64,000 nucleotides of DNA from Ignavibacteriota bacterium (lineage in GTDB: Bacteria; Bacteroidota; Ignavibacteria; Palsa-1295), in assembly GCA_963787835.1 (NCBI GenBank), contig CAWBEI010000002.1:128001-192000 (forward strand), written 5' to 3'. Positions 19,842-28,561 of this stretch are shown here, piece by piece. Under the pieces are notes generated by a model that saw only the letters and a program-made list of their open reading frames with translations, had not been told where the DNA came from and did no database searches. Made by a program: the position numbers and the translations under genes. Positions within the stretch are counted from its first letter, which is position 1, and the number at the start of each line of letters is the position of its first letter.

Positions 19842-21125
19842 TCAGCTTTTGTTATAGGGATCAAGTAATTGTGCGAGTGCCGGATTCCTCCGAATTTCCG
19901 GTTGTTCGTTGAGCCATGCCTGGGGGATGGGCGCTAACCCATCGGCGACATCTTTTTCTAATTTACTTCCCGAGGAATTCCTTACATACCGTGCAAACAA
20001 TGTTTTATATTTGTCTTTGACTTCATCTTCCTGTCGGATACGAATCTGCTCTTCGTCTCGGAGTAGTTGCTGCTTCTCTCGTGCTTCGTTTCGTTCTTCC
20101 TGAATGCGTAATCGGTTATCAAGTGCAGCCCATCGCTTTTCTTCTTTTTCCTCTTTGATATGCCGAGCTTCCAGATCGTCAGAGACCAATCCCTTTCGCA
20201 TCACTTCCCCTTCTTCTTTCGTCTCTTTTACCTGTTGTGCAACAAGAATTCTTTCTTCGGATGCTGATTCCACCGTTTCCTTCTGAAGCCGGAGTGACTC
20301 ATTCAACAATTCCCACCGTTCGTCTTCTTTTCTATCTTTCACTTCGCGGGCTTTCAGATCGTCTAAGGCTAATCCGATGCGAAGCACTTCACGTTCATCC
20401 TTAACATCCTTAAATTGTTGAGCGATGAATTGTCGTTCTTCGGAAGCTATTGCCCCCGTTTCCTTCTGAAGCCTGAGCGATTCATTTAGTGAGTCCCATC
20501 GCTTATCTTCTTTTAGATCTTTCACATGTCGAGCTTCCAGATCGTCAGAAACTAATCCTTTTCGAATCACTTCACCTTCCTCTTTGATCTCTTTTACTTG
20601 CTGAGCAACGAGAAGCCGTTCTTCGGTTGCTAATTCCACCGTTTCGTTCTGAAGTCGGAGCGATTCATTCAATAGCTCCCATCGCTTATCTTCTTCTTTC
20701 GCTTTAATTCCTCGCGCCTTCAGGTCCCCAGACGCCACTTCTTGAAGCCTTACGACTTCCTGCTGTTCCTTTTGTTCTTTTGCTTTCTGAGCTTTTAGAT
20801 TGCCGAAGGCAAGGTCTTTTTGATGCGCTGCTTCAATTTCTTCACGCCTTCGTATCCGTGGAGCACGAGCGAGCGTGATGAGGTAGAGCGCGACCGTCGG
20901 TGCCACGACCACAATTGCGGCAGTGACCAGCCCTCGCATGAGGATAGAATCGATCCCGGTGTTATTGAGAAGGTAATTATAGATGAAGAGCGATGACGTT
21001 AGAGTTATACCGATACCTTTCACTAAAAAGGCGGTAGGGAAAAACTTATGGGCGATCGTGAACAAGCTGTGGCGTTTGCCCGGTGTGAGCGTCGGAAGTG
21101 GCCGTTCCTGCCATTTAAGTGACAT
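19842..21125 (-). CDS. membrane-anchored coiled-coil protein with 61-aa repeats
   Basis: Two N-terminal hydrophobic segments, then 3.5 repeats of DLxAR...RW..LNESLRLQ. Confidence 0.7.
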   Translation of the reverse strand: MSLKWQERPLPTLTPGKRHSLFTIAHKFFPTAFLVKGIGITLTSSLFIYNYLLNNTGIDSILMRGLVTAAIVVVAPTVALYLITLARAPRIRRREEIEAAHQKDLAFGNLKAQKAKEQKEQQEVVRLQEVASGDLKARGIKAKEEDKRWELLNESLRLQNETVELATEERLLVAQQVKEIKEEGEVIRKGLVSDDLEARHVKDLKEDKRWDSLNESLRLQKETGAIASEERQFIAQQFKDVKDEREVLRIGLALDDLKAREVKDRKEDERWELLNESLRLQKETVESASEERILVAQQVKETKEEGEVMRKGLVSDDLEARHIKEEKEEKRWAALDNRLRIQEERNEAREKQQLLRDEEQIRIRQEDEVKDKYKTLFARYVRNSSGSKLEKDVADGLAPIPQAWLNEQPEIRRNPALAQLLDPYNKS

Positions 21126-21182
21126 GATTTTTTACTATTATTGTTCGGAATGTGGCGCAAATAATTTTGGGTCTATTCCGAT

Positions 21183-22406
21183 TTATTTTGTAATCTTATT
21201 GGATAGGCCCATTTGTTTATCCCGTTCCCCCAAGCCCGTAATCCATGCAATAATTGTTTGCAGGCTGAGTTCTACATTGCCCACCTGGCAATGATTTTGC
21301 GCCTGTTCTTTTTCGGTGAATAACCGCGCTGTCAGCGAGCGCGCATTTTTAAGTATTTCTATCTGGCCGTAAAACTGTTGCATGGGAACGTAATGGTCTT
21401 TGCTCCCTGCGAAAAGTAAAACATCCTGTTTTACCAGGCGCGAGACGCTGCGGGTTTCAAATGCACCGGTCTTCGTAAAAAATTCGTAGGGGCTTTTTGC
21501 GCCCAAGGTTTGCATTCCCTGTTTAACACCCCACTCAATTGCCAGGCTTTTTTTCATCTTTTGCTGAATAATGGCATTAAGTATAGGAGATGCACCCAAC
21601 TTCATTAAGGTTGAGACAATGGTTTGTGCAGAAGGCTCCATTGTTCTATAAGGGAACTCCCGGAAATCCAAAACTATATCATCACACACTACCCTGCTTA
21701 TTCTTGATTCAAAAGCGGCAGCTCGGATTGCAAGACACCCCCCAAGCGAATACCGCAACAGTGTAACATCTTCCAGATTGAAGTAATCTATAACAGCTTT
21801 GCATGGCTTATGCCATTCATGCGTCATGGGCAAATGGCCTTCTTCCAGTGTTGCTCCCTGCCCCGGACCTTCAAACGTAATTATATCAAAACCATGTTCA
21901 AAAAAATATAGCTGATGCCCAAACAACTCCTCAATATAACTGTCGAAACCTCCGAAGAAAATAATAGTTCCGATGGGCGATTCCGGCGTGAACCGGTATG
22001 CACTCATGGTGATTTTCTCATACGGGATGTTGAAATGCTGCGTATCCTGTATTTGGTAATACTCCTTCATCCACTGTATGTAACGAAGGCGGCTTGCATC
22101 TTTCCTGCCGTCGTCGGGAAACATAAAAAATTCGGCTGAACGCAGATAACATGCAGCATGTAGCAGGCGGTTTTGCACGTATGCTTTTTCGGAAAGAGCC
22201 AAAAATTCACGGGTATAATCGGCATAGTTGTGGATAAGTGGGGTTACTTCCCTCATCTCATCAAGCATCTGTTCCGAACCGTCAGAGAACCGGTTCATTT
22301 GATAATTGAGACTAATATCGGGGTGGATGGTATAATACCCAATATTAAATCCTTCTTTAACTCTAACTACGGTCGTTTTTTTAGGATCTAAAGTTTCCGT
22401 TTTCAT
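21183..22406 (-). CDS. alpha/beta hydrolase (FrsA / dihydroxypseudooxynicotine-hydrolase-like)
   Basis: GGFDSYIEE, FEGPGQG, (R)YSLGG, DHYVP and HCQVGN motifs. Confidence 0.82.
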   Translation of the reverse strand: MKTETLDPKKTTVVRVKEGFNIGYYTIHPDISLNYQMNRFSDGSEQMLDEMREVTPLIHNYADYTREFLALSEKAYVQNRLLHAACYLRSAEFFMFPDDGRKDASRLRYIQWMKEYYQIQDTQHFNIPYEKITMSAYRFTPESPIGTIIFFGGFDSYIEELFGHQLYFFEHGFDIITFEGPGQGATLEEGHLPMTHEWHKPCKAVIDYFNLEDVTLLRYSLGGCLAIRAAAFESRISRVVCDDIVLDFREFPYRTMEPSAQTIVSTLMKLGASPILNAIIQQKMKKSLAIEWGVKQGMQTLGAKSPYEFFTKTGAFETRSVSRLVKQDVLLFAGSKDHYVPMQQFYGQIEILKNARSLTARLFTEKEQAQNHCQVGNVELSLQTIIAWITGLGERDKQMGLSNKITK

Positions 22407-22428
22407 TTTATTTTGTTTTACCTGTGTG

Positions 22429-23097
22429 TTAATAACATACTTCTACCCTGGCCTTAAAAGTTTTTTCGTCGTTCAAATGAGTTACCATGTAATCGGCAAG
22501 GTCGGCGCGCGAAATACTAGATGGGTTGCGTAAATGTTCATTGATGGCTATTCTATATTTTCCGGTTCGCTTATTATTAGTGAGCCGTGGAGCACGAATA
22601 ACGGTCCAATCCAAATCAGATTTGCTAAGCACTTTTTCCATCCGTAACATGTCAGCATAAATATATTTGAATAACCGTTGTAAAATATATTTTACGACAA
22701 ACTTCATTATGAAAGAACTTTTTGGGGGAATGATTACCGCGCCAGCCGTTATACAAACGATACGCTTAATCCCTGCTTTTTCCATGACCGTAACGATGTT
22801 ACTTACTCCTTGTGAATAAACGGTGGTGGGCTTTTTTCTAGGGCTTCCTAAACACGAAATAATAGCATCTTTCCCTTTCACTGCATCTTCAAAAGTAGCT
22901 GGCTGAAGTACATCTCCTTTAATAATTTCCAGATCCTTATTAGTGAGGGGAAAAGCATCGGGATTCCGAACAATAACGGTAACCCGATAACCTGCTTCGA
23001 GTGCTTGCCGTGCAATAAGTTTGCCTGTTCCGCCCGTGGACCCGAATACCATTATGGTTTTCATCGTTGTTTTGTTTAGCGCCGATGTTTCAGTCAT
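22429..23097 (-). CDS. NAD(P)H-binding flavin-reductase-like atypical SDR
   Basis: GSTGGTG, WTVIRAP and ISRADLA motifs. Confidence 0.87.
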   Translation of the reverse strand: MTETSALNKTTMKTIMVFGSTGGTGKLIARQALEAGYRVTVIVRNPDAFPLTNKDLEIIKGDVLQPATFEDAVKGKDAIISCLGSPRKKPTTVYSQGVSNIVTVMEKAGIKRIVCITAGAVIIPPKSSFIMKFVVKYILQRLFKYIYADMLRMEKVLSKSDLDWTVIRAPRLTNNKRTGKYRIAINEHLRNPSSISRADLADYMVTHLNDEKTFKARVEVCY

Positions 23098-23139
23098 CCT
23101 TTTGTGTTAAATTTTAATCTTCACCGCTTGAAGAAAGGA

Positions 23140-23580
23140 TTAGGAATATAGATGGTGAGCTGTACCAGCTTCCGTAAGGGTCAATAAATCAAAGTATTCT
23201 CTAACTTCAACTAACTTACCTTCGTGAACTTCACACATTAGCATAATTGGCAGTTCGAATTTTGTGCCCGGAGCAGGCCTCTGGGATGAAGTCGATGGCC
23301 ACTTATCGGTAACGATTCCCGTATGCACATATTCCCAGCAGAGCTTTGTTCCTTCGGCATTGGTGAAAACGTTTGTTGGCTTAATGCCCAGACCGTCACC
23401 GTGTTTCCTTGCCGCTACTGAACGGTTTGCGAGTTCCAGCATTTTATCAATTCCGATGAATGTTTCTCCGGTTGCCATTATTTTCCACTTGCCATCCGAG
23501 GCAAGAAGTTTTTTCCATCCTTCAATGTCATCGGAAGTAAATGCGGCAGTAAAAGCTTTTGCTAATTCGTCAGTGTTCAT
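23140..23580 (-). CDS. SnoaL/NTF2-like protein
   Basis: 146 aa with GKLVEVREYFD motif. Confidence 0.8.
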   Translation of the reverse strand: MNTDELAKAFTAAFTSDDIEGWKKLLASDGKWKIMATGETFIGIDKMLELANRSVAARKHGDGLGIKPTNVFTNAEGTKLCWEYVHTGIVTDKWPSTSSQRPAPGTKFELPIMLMCEVHEGKLVEVREYFDLLTLTEAGTAHHLYS

Positions 23581-23783
23581 TGGTTTTATAGTCCTTTTTA
23601 TAGGATTAAGTGTAAAAGTAATTGCAAAAGCCCCGCCATAGGGCGGAGCTTATTGCAATGCGATTTTCACCCCCTCGGAATAATCCGAGAAGGAGAAATT
23701 GGAAATGGTCAAATATGAATTCATAGCATTTCCAATTTCCTCGATACGTTGAGTGATTAAAAATAGTAGTCTGCTACGCTAAT

Positions 23784-23996
23784 TTAGCGAGCTGTGACAT
23801 CTTTATTTTCTTTCACGACCTCTTTGTTTTGTGTCCCAACTGGTTGATCTCCACCGACGCTTTTGGGTGCCGAATTGCTGCTTCCTGCCGAGCTGGTTTG
23901 CCCGACTGGAGTGGTGGCTTTCTGCTCCGTGCTGGATGTGGATGTGCTCGGAGTCGATGATGCGCTGGCGATAGGAGTTGATGTTGAATTATTCAT
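23784..23996 (-). CDS. small Ser/Thr-rich disordered protein
   Basis: 70-aa ORF with A-rich upstream context, co-oriented with neighbours. Confidence 0.5.
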   Translation of the reverse strand: MNNSTSTPIASASSTPSTSTSSTEQKATTPVGQTSSAGSSNSAPKSVGGDQPVGTQNKEVVKENKDVTAR

Positions 23997-24110
23997 TGTA
24001 TATTTTTATTGTTTAAAGAGAGCATACAATATTGTGTGCCCTAAAAGTTGTAGTTGAATTGTGGCTAGAACCGTATCCCGCTGCAATATCGAGTGATCCC
24101 ATACGTTTTA

Positions 24111-24179
24111 TCAGATGTGGCAGCTACCCACGACGAACAACGTGGCTAAAACGACTAAAACGATTACAACGATATACAT
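24111..24179 (-). CDS. 22-aa hydrophobic micro-protein MYIVVIVLVVLATLFVVGSCHI
   Basis: Hand-translated and absent from the ORF track. Paralog of 24303-24374 with the same upstream GGTAACTATT. Confidence 0.65.
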   Translation of the reverse strand: MYIVVIVLVVLATLFVVGSCHI

Positions 24180-24302
24180 AATAGTTACCCTTCTTAAATT
24201 AATGTTATTGTGATATTATTGGTATTTCATTTATGGATAAAAACCGAATTCCCGCTGCAATATCGAATCTTCATCGTCTTGCACCGATATGATCCATAAC
24301 CT

Positions 24303-24374
24303 TTAACAGGCGTGGCAGCTACCGACGACGAACAACGTGGCCAAAACGACTATAACGATCCAGAGTATATTCAT
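24303..24374 (-). CDS. 23-aa hydrophobic micro-protein MNILWIVIVVLATLFVVGSCHAC
   Basis: Hand-translated; differences from the paralog in the shared core are synonymous. Confidence 0.65.
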   Translation of the reverse strand: MNILWIVIVVLATLFVVGSCHAC

Positions 24375-24422
24375 AATAGTTACCTTTCTTCGCGTAATGC
24401 TTATATGATTCCGGTATTTTAT

Positions 24423-24932
24423 TTAAGGATAAAACCGGATACCTGCTGCAGCATCAAGCCCTGCTCCCGTTGGCGAAAGCCCGATGATCGGACCAAGCTC
24501 GAAAAATATTTCAATCGGCGATCGTTCTGGAATGATGTTCAATCCGAACATCACGCGGGCTGCGATGCCCATACTATTATCGCTGCTATAAAATTCGCGG
24601 CCACCATAGATACCGTTCCCATCGCCGAAGGCAAGGCAAAGCCCCGGTCCGGCGAACATTTTGACCACACGACTATTGAAGACATCGAAATGCCAAAGAT
24701 AGTCGCCATCGAGGCGAGTCGGACCGAAGTCCGACTCGCCGATGTCGAATGTGAACGCATTGACGGGGTTCGTCCATATTTTAATGGTAGCCCCCAGAGG
24801 ATCGAACACGACCAGGCCGAATCCGAAGGTTCGACCATCGGGCCCCTGAGCACGGCTTTCGCTCGAGCCGAGCATCAGGGTTAATAACCCGACGGCCAAA
24901 ATCTTTGCGCTTATTTTATTGAATGTTCTCAT
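24423..24932 (-). CDS. small outer-membrane beta-barrel (DUF3996-like)
   Basis: Signal peptide SRA-Q, FGFGLVVFDPLG, EIFFELGP and C-terminal GIRFYP. Confidence 0.7.
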   Translation of the reverse strand: MRTFNKISAKILAVGLLTLMLGSSESRAQGPDGRTFGFGLVVFDPLGATIKIWTNPVNAFTFDIGESDFGPTRLDGDYLWHFDVFNSRVVKMFAGPGLCLAFGDGNGIYGGREFYSSDNSMGIAARVMFGLNIIPERSPIEIFFELGPIIGLSPTGAGLDAAAGIRFYP

Positions 24933-24959
24933 GCGATTCCTTGCGTGTTTCAGGTGTGA

Positions 24960-26198
24960 TTATTGACACGCCTGAACGACCATCACCGAAATGCGGCGGT
25001 TCTGCGTGCGTTCTGCTTCGAGGTCCGAAGCCGATACGTCCGTTCGTTCGCGAACGGCTGGACGTGTGTCGCCATAGCCGATCGTGCGGGTGATCTTGTC
25101 CGGACTTACCCCTTGCGCGATCAGCCAGTCATGAATGCGCGTTGCACGACGCTCGGAGAGTTCCTGGTTATGCTCATGAGTCCCTTCCTCGCTTGCATAC
25201 CCTTGAATCTCGACCTTGAGGTTCGGGCATTGATCGACCAAGGCTTTGATGTGGTAGAGATGACCCATATTATTTGGCTCCGCATTGTTGAACTGATCGC
25301 TGTTCACAATAAATAACGTCCCCGGGAAGTTAAATACAGTGTTGATCTTCGGATTCGTCAAATAGACGGTATCAGTCGGGTTCTGAATATACAGCGTATC
25401 GGTGTGATAGATGTTGTTATCCGTGCGGTAGTTATTCGTGTTATAGTTATTTGTTGTGTTTCCCTGGTATGGGGCGGGCGCAACCGGCACATCGGGCGAG
25501 AAGAGAACCACGCTGAACCCGAGACCCATGCTTAGGTATGCATCCTGGCTGTAAGCGGCTGGATTCGAGTAATCGTCAAGCCAATCGGTTCCTGTTAAGT
25601 GTATAAGTCCCTTGCCAACAAAAGCAACCTTGGGAGTAATGTAGTATTCAAAACCTACGCCCAGGACACCGCCAACGACGTTTTTGCTATATGCATTGAT
25701 GGCATTGTTTCTCAACGGGGTCGGAGATCCATCATCCGGTTGGAAGTTGAGTAGCTCTAATCCACCTACGAAATAGGGAACGAACGTTTGCGATGGAAAG
25801 ACGTTGCCTGACAACATAAGATCCCATCCGCCAACGCGAGTTTGGTTTGTTGAGCCGACCGGACCACCATCCGCGCCAGCGTTACCACTGCCTACGCCAG
25901 TTCCGGGGAGTAGATACTCGTTAGCAATGCTTTGTGTGGTGGATTTATAATGCAACACACCGCCATTATAGGCAGCATGAAGCGATAGCCAATCAAGGAT
26001 GTTCCATCGGATGAATGCGTCGCCCTGCAAGGAAAACAGGTCGCCCGTATAATTACCGTAGTATTTATCACCTCCGGCATCGAAGCCGAAGGAAAGACTG
26101 CCAGGGATGACCTGTGCATGAGCCTTGGTGCCCATGAGGCCGAGCACACCGATTACAAGCAGCGCAAAGCTGCGATTCTTTAGATTTAGATTTTTCAC
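24960..26198 (-). CDS. OmpA-family outer membrane protein (beta-barrel + peptidoglycan-binding domain)
   Basis: Signal peptide, TGTDWLDD, HNQELSERRA, GYGDTRP and NRRI motifs. Confidence 0.88.
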   Translation of the reverse strand: MKNLNLKNRSFALLVIGVLGLMGTKAHAQVIPGSLSFGFDAGGDKYYGNYTGDLFSLQGDAFIRWNILDWLSLHAAYNGGVLHYKSTTQSIANEYLLPGTGVGSGNAGADGGPVGSTNQTRVGGWDLMLSGNVFPSQTFVPYFVGGLELLNFQPDDGSPTPLRNNAINAYSKNVVGGVLGVGFEYYITPKVAFVGKGLIHLTGTDWLDDYSNPAAYSQDAYLSMGLGFSVVLFSPDVPVAPAPYQGNTTNNYNTNNYRTDNNIYHTDTLYIQNPTDTVYLTNPKINTVFNFPGTLFIVNSDQFNNAEPNNMGHLYHIKALVDQCPNLKVEIQGYASEEGTHEHNQELSERRATRIHDWLIAQGVSPDKITRTIGYGDTRPAVRERTDVSASDLEAERTQNRRISVMVVQACQ

Positions 26199-26301
26199 GA
26201 TTTTTTACTGTTTATGATAAAATGAGTTGAGTGAGCATTGCGCGTTCGAAGACGCAAGTGAAGAACCGACCCTTAGAGGTCTGGCTACTTACAAATAAGG
26301 C

Positions 26302-26433
26302 TTAGTAGAAGACGAATTGATTAGAGTCTGAATGATCGATCATCCAGATAGTTCCAATCCGTTCTGCTCGAACAGGGTCTTGTGAGTAAGGAACAAACAC
26401 CGTCGGCGATGGGCCTTCAATAGTTGTTCTCAT
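26302..26433 (-). CDS. possible 43-aa leader ORF (MRTTIEGPSPTVF...QFVFY)
   Basis: ATG lies about 12 nt downstream of the -7 box of module P1; no recognisable homology. Confidence 0.3.
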   Translation of the reverse strand: MRTTIEGPSPTVFVPYSQDPVRAERIGTIWMIDHSDSNQFVFY

Positions 26434-26445
26434 AATTCTCTGATA

Positions 26446-26514
26446 CAAAGTTACGGAAAGGGGCGTTGGAATGTGTTACAAAATTTTAGAAATAAGTTAC
26501 ATAATTCACACATT
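26446..26514 (-). promoter_or_regulatory. 69-bp operator/promoter module P1
   Basis: AATGTGTGAATTATGTAACTTATTTCTAAAATTTTGTAAC-N21-TAACTTTG. Confidence 0.85.
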
Positions 26515-26528
26515 CCGGTCGTTAGTTC

Positions 26529-26560
26529 GGCGCATGGGTTTCTCCTATCCCCATACGCCG
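26529..26560 (-). terminator. hairpin downstream of 26588-26791
   Basis: cggcgcatggg...cccatacgccg imperfect stem. Confidence 0.4.
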
Positions 26561-26587
26561 AGGAATAACGATCGTTGGGTGTTATCC

Positions 26588-26791
26588 TTATCGGATATGA
26601 ACCCCCAAGACGACTTTAGCGTGGTGACGACGGCGACGGCGGCGATGATGACGATAATGAGGTGCAACCCTGACGCCTACGCCTACTCGGACTTGGCTTG
26701 CACTTGCGCTCGTAGTCCCAGAAGCGGTGAACTGCACCATTCCGAAGGCTAAAGCACAGAAAACGATCAGCCTGATTGTTAGATGTTTCAT
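26588..26791 (-). CDS. small secreted Arg/His-rich peptide
   Basis: Signal-peptide-like N-terminus, then QVRVGVGVRV...HHRRRRRRHH; directly downstream of P2. Confidence 0.65.
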   Translation of the reverse strand: MKHLTIRLIVFCALAFGMVQFTASGTTSASASQVRVGVGVRVAPHYRHHRRRRRRHHAKVVLGVHIR

Positions 26792-26876
26792 TGTGTAGTT
26801 ATGATTTAGATATATAAAGATAATATTTGTATGTGGAAGAATGTTTTCAATGAATTCCTCTCATATTTCTCTGGTA

Positions 26877-26945
26877 CAAACTTACGGATTGAAGACATAA
26901 AATGTGTTACAAAATTTTAGAAATAAGTTACATAATTCACACATT
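26877..26945 (-). promoter_or_regulatory. 69-bp operator/promoter module P2
   Basis: AATGTGTGAATTATGTAACTTATTTCTAAAATTTTGTAAC-N21-TAAGTTTG. Confidence 0.85.
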
Positions 26946-27010
26946 GAAGACCCCGCCGGTAAGGTGGGACCCCATGCCCCACCTCTTGTGAAATACAATA
27001 CAATAAGTTA

Positions 27011-27730
27011 CTATCGTTTTCCGCCGCCCTTGGGCGCTCCGCCGCCTCTCGAAGCACCACCACCTTTAGGGGCTGCGGCAGGCTTCACGTATCCTCTCCC
27101 ATAATTTAAATTCTTGCTCGCAGCCGGCATGGAAGGAGTGATGGACTTCATTGGCACTTCATGTGCTACACGATGATATGTCGCAGGCGCATGATCGTTC
27201 TGGACCGGCCGCTGCATGAACGTCACGCGGTTACTATTCTCATTGAATGCTCGAGGAACGAGCCGGTGACCTGGCGCAGTGTTCGTGACGATCCGGTTGC
27301 GAACGACAATGTCCGTGTAATTATCGTACCCATGCGATGGATAATTTCTGCGATAATACCCCTCGTTCATCCACGGGCGAGAAATATTGCGGTCGATGAG
27401 CACCATAAACGCACCGCCCAGGTCAATACCTGCATATTGAGGTGGCAAGCCCTCGCTGTAGATCCACTCGCCGTTGGGGCCAGCGTACCAGAACTGACCA
27501 TCCCACACGTCATAATACATATCGTAATCGGGAAGGTAATAATAACGCACGGAACTGGTATTGTCGTACGGTGGCGCCCATGATGGCGGTACATAGTTCT
27601 GAACATCGATGGAGGCGCCGATGCGGATCTGAGCCTCGCTTGAGTTTGTATAGAATGCGAGTGCGAATGTGAGCGCCAGAAAAACGGACGTTCTTCGTAA
27701 CCGTAGGGATAGAATAGAATGTATTTTCAT
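27011..27730 (-). CDS. secreted Tyr/Pro-rich hypothetical protein
   Basis: Signal peptide SEA-Q, PPSWAP and YYYLPDYDMYYD motifs, Gly-rich tail. Confidence 0.72.
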   Translation of the reverse strand: MKIHSILSLRLRRTSVFLALTFALAFYTNSSEAQIRIGASIDVQNYVPPSWAPPYDNTSSVRYYYLPDYDMYYDVWDGQFWYAGPNGEWIYSEGLPPQYAGIDLGGAFMVLIDRNISRPWMNEGYYRRNYPSHGYDNYTDIVVRNRIVTNTAPGHRLVPRAFNENSNRVTFMQRPVQNDHAPATYHRVAHEVPMKSITPSMPAASKNLNYGRGYVKPAAAPKGGGASRGGGAPKGGGKR

Positions 27731-27801
27731 AAGTATTATGTATTGTAACTGTTATAATAGCGTTGGGGATATGATTTTTGATTGATTAACGACGTGTTCT
27801 G

Positions 27802-28044
27802 TCAGAAGAATAACTCTGGAATGTTGTCGTCATAATGCTTATCTACAAAGATTTGTCGTTGGGATTCAGATAGTGCAGCATCATCGGATGATGTCGCTGC
27901 ACTCTTTTCAAATTCTGAATCTGTCGGAGGGTTCAAATTACTTGGAAGGTTTCCAAGAATCTCGGATCTGGAATTCCGATGCTGGACCTCGTGATAACCA
28001 AGAAGCTGCATGAGACTGCGATTTCTTGAAGTACTATTTTTCAT
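27802..28044 (-). CDS. hypothetical protein
   Basis: 80-aa ORF in tight operon spacing. Confidence 0.5.
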   Translation of the reverse strand: MKNSTSRNRSLMQLLGYHEVQHRNSRSEILGNLPSNLNPPTDSEFEKSAATSSDDAALSESQRQIFVDKHYDDNIPELFF

Positions 28045-28060
28045 AATTTTCTATATATTA

Positions 28061-28363
28061 TTAATCAATAGAGAAATCGGTCGCCGAACTGATCCTGGAT
28101 TTTATCTCACTTTTCAGCGATTCAAGCTTTTCCGTGAAGGCATCGCTCAGTTGCCCGATACGATCTTCGATTGTTTCGGCTACATCATCAATAACGCCTT
28201 CCCCTTTGCGGCGAATAACTCTCCGCAACACGCTCCCCTTATAGGGAGAATAAAGCATTCCCGCCGCAGCACCGATGGCCGCACCGGCTAAAAGACCGAG
28301 CAGGAGATTTCCACCGCTGTTCATGGAGTTCGAGTTGTGTCCGCAATGTTTGCATTGTTCCAT
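28061..28363 (-). CDS. YtxH-domain protein
   Basis: LLGLLAGAAIGAAAGMLYSPYKGS.LR motif; N-terminal CKHC. Confidence 0.85.
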   Translation of the reverse strand: MEQCKHCGHNSNSMNSGGNLLLGLLAGAAIGAAAGMLYSPYKGSVLRRVIRRKGEGVIDDVAETIEDRIGQLSDAFTEKLESLKSEIKSRISSATDFSID

Positions 28364-28518
28364 TAGAGCACCCTCCTTCCGCTGATAACTCTCATAATAA
28401 TCGCAATGATCGCGATGACCAGGAGGATGTGGATCAGCGCACCTGCGCCATACACGAGGAACCCGAGTGCCCAGGCAATAATTAGGATTACTGCAACCAA
28501 GTATAATAAACTTCCCAT
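28363..28518 (-). CDS. lmo0937-family (DUF5670) small membrane protein, 51 aa
   Basis: Hand-translated MGSLLYLVAVILIIAWALGFLVYGAGALIHILLVIAIIAIIMRVISGRRVL; TAATG overlap with ytxH; absent from the ORF track. Confidence 0.88.
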   Translation of the reverse strand: MGSLLYLVAVILIIAWALGFLVYGAGALIHILLVIAIIAIIMRVISGRRVL

Positions 28519-28561
28519 AATGATTGTTTTAAATAAGTGAATAAAAATGTATTGAAATGGC

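Noticed and set aside
24312-24884. 190-aa plus-strand ORF and other long antisense ORFs (e.g. 31682-32248, 39872-40492)
   Set aside because: They are shadows of well-supported genes on the opposite strand.
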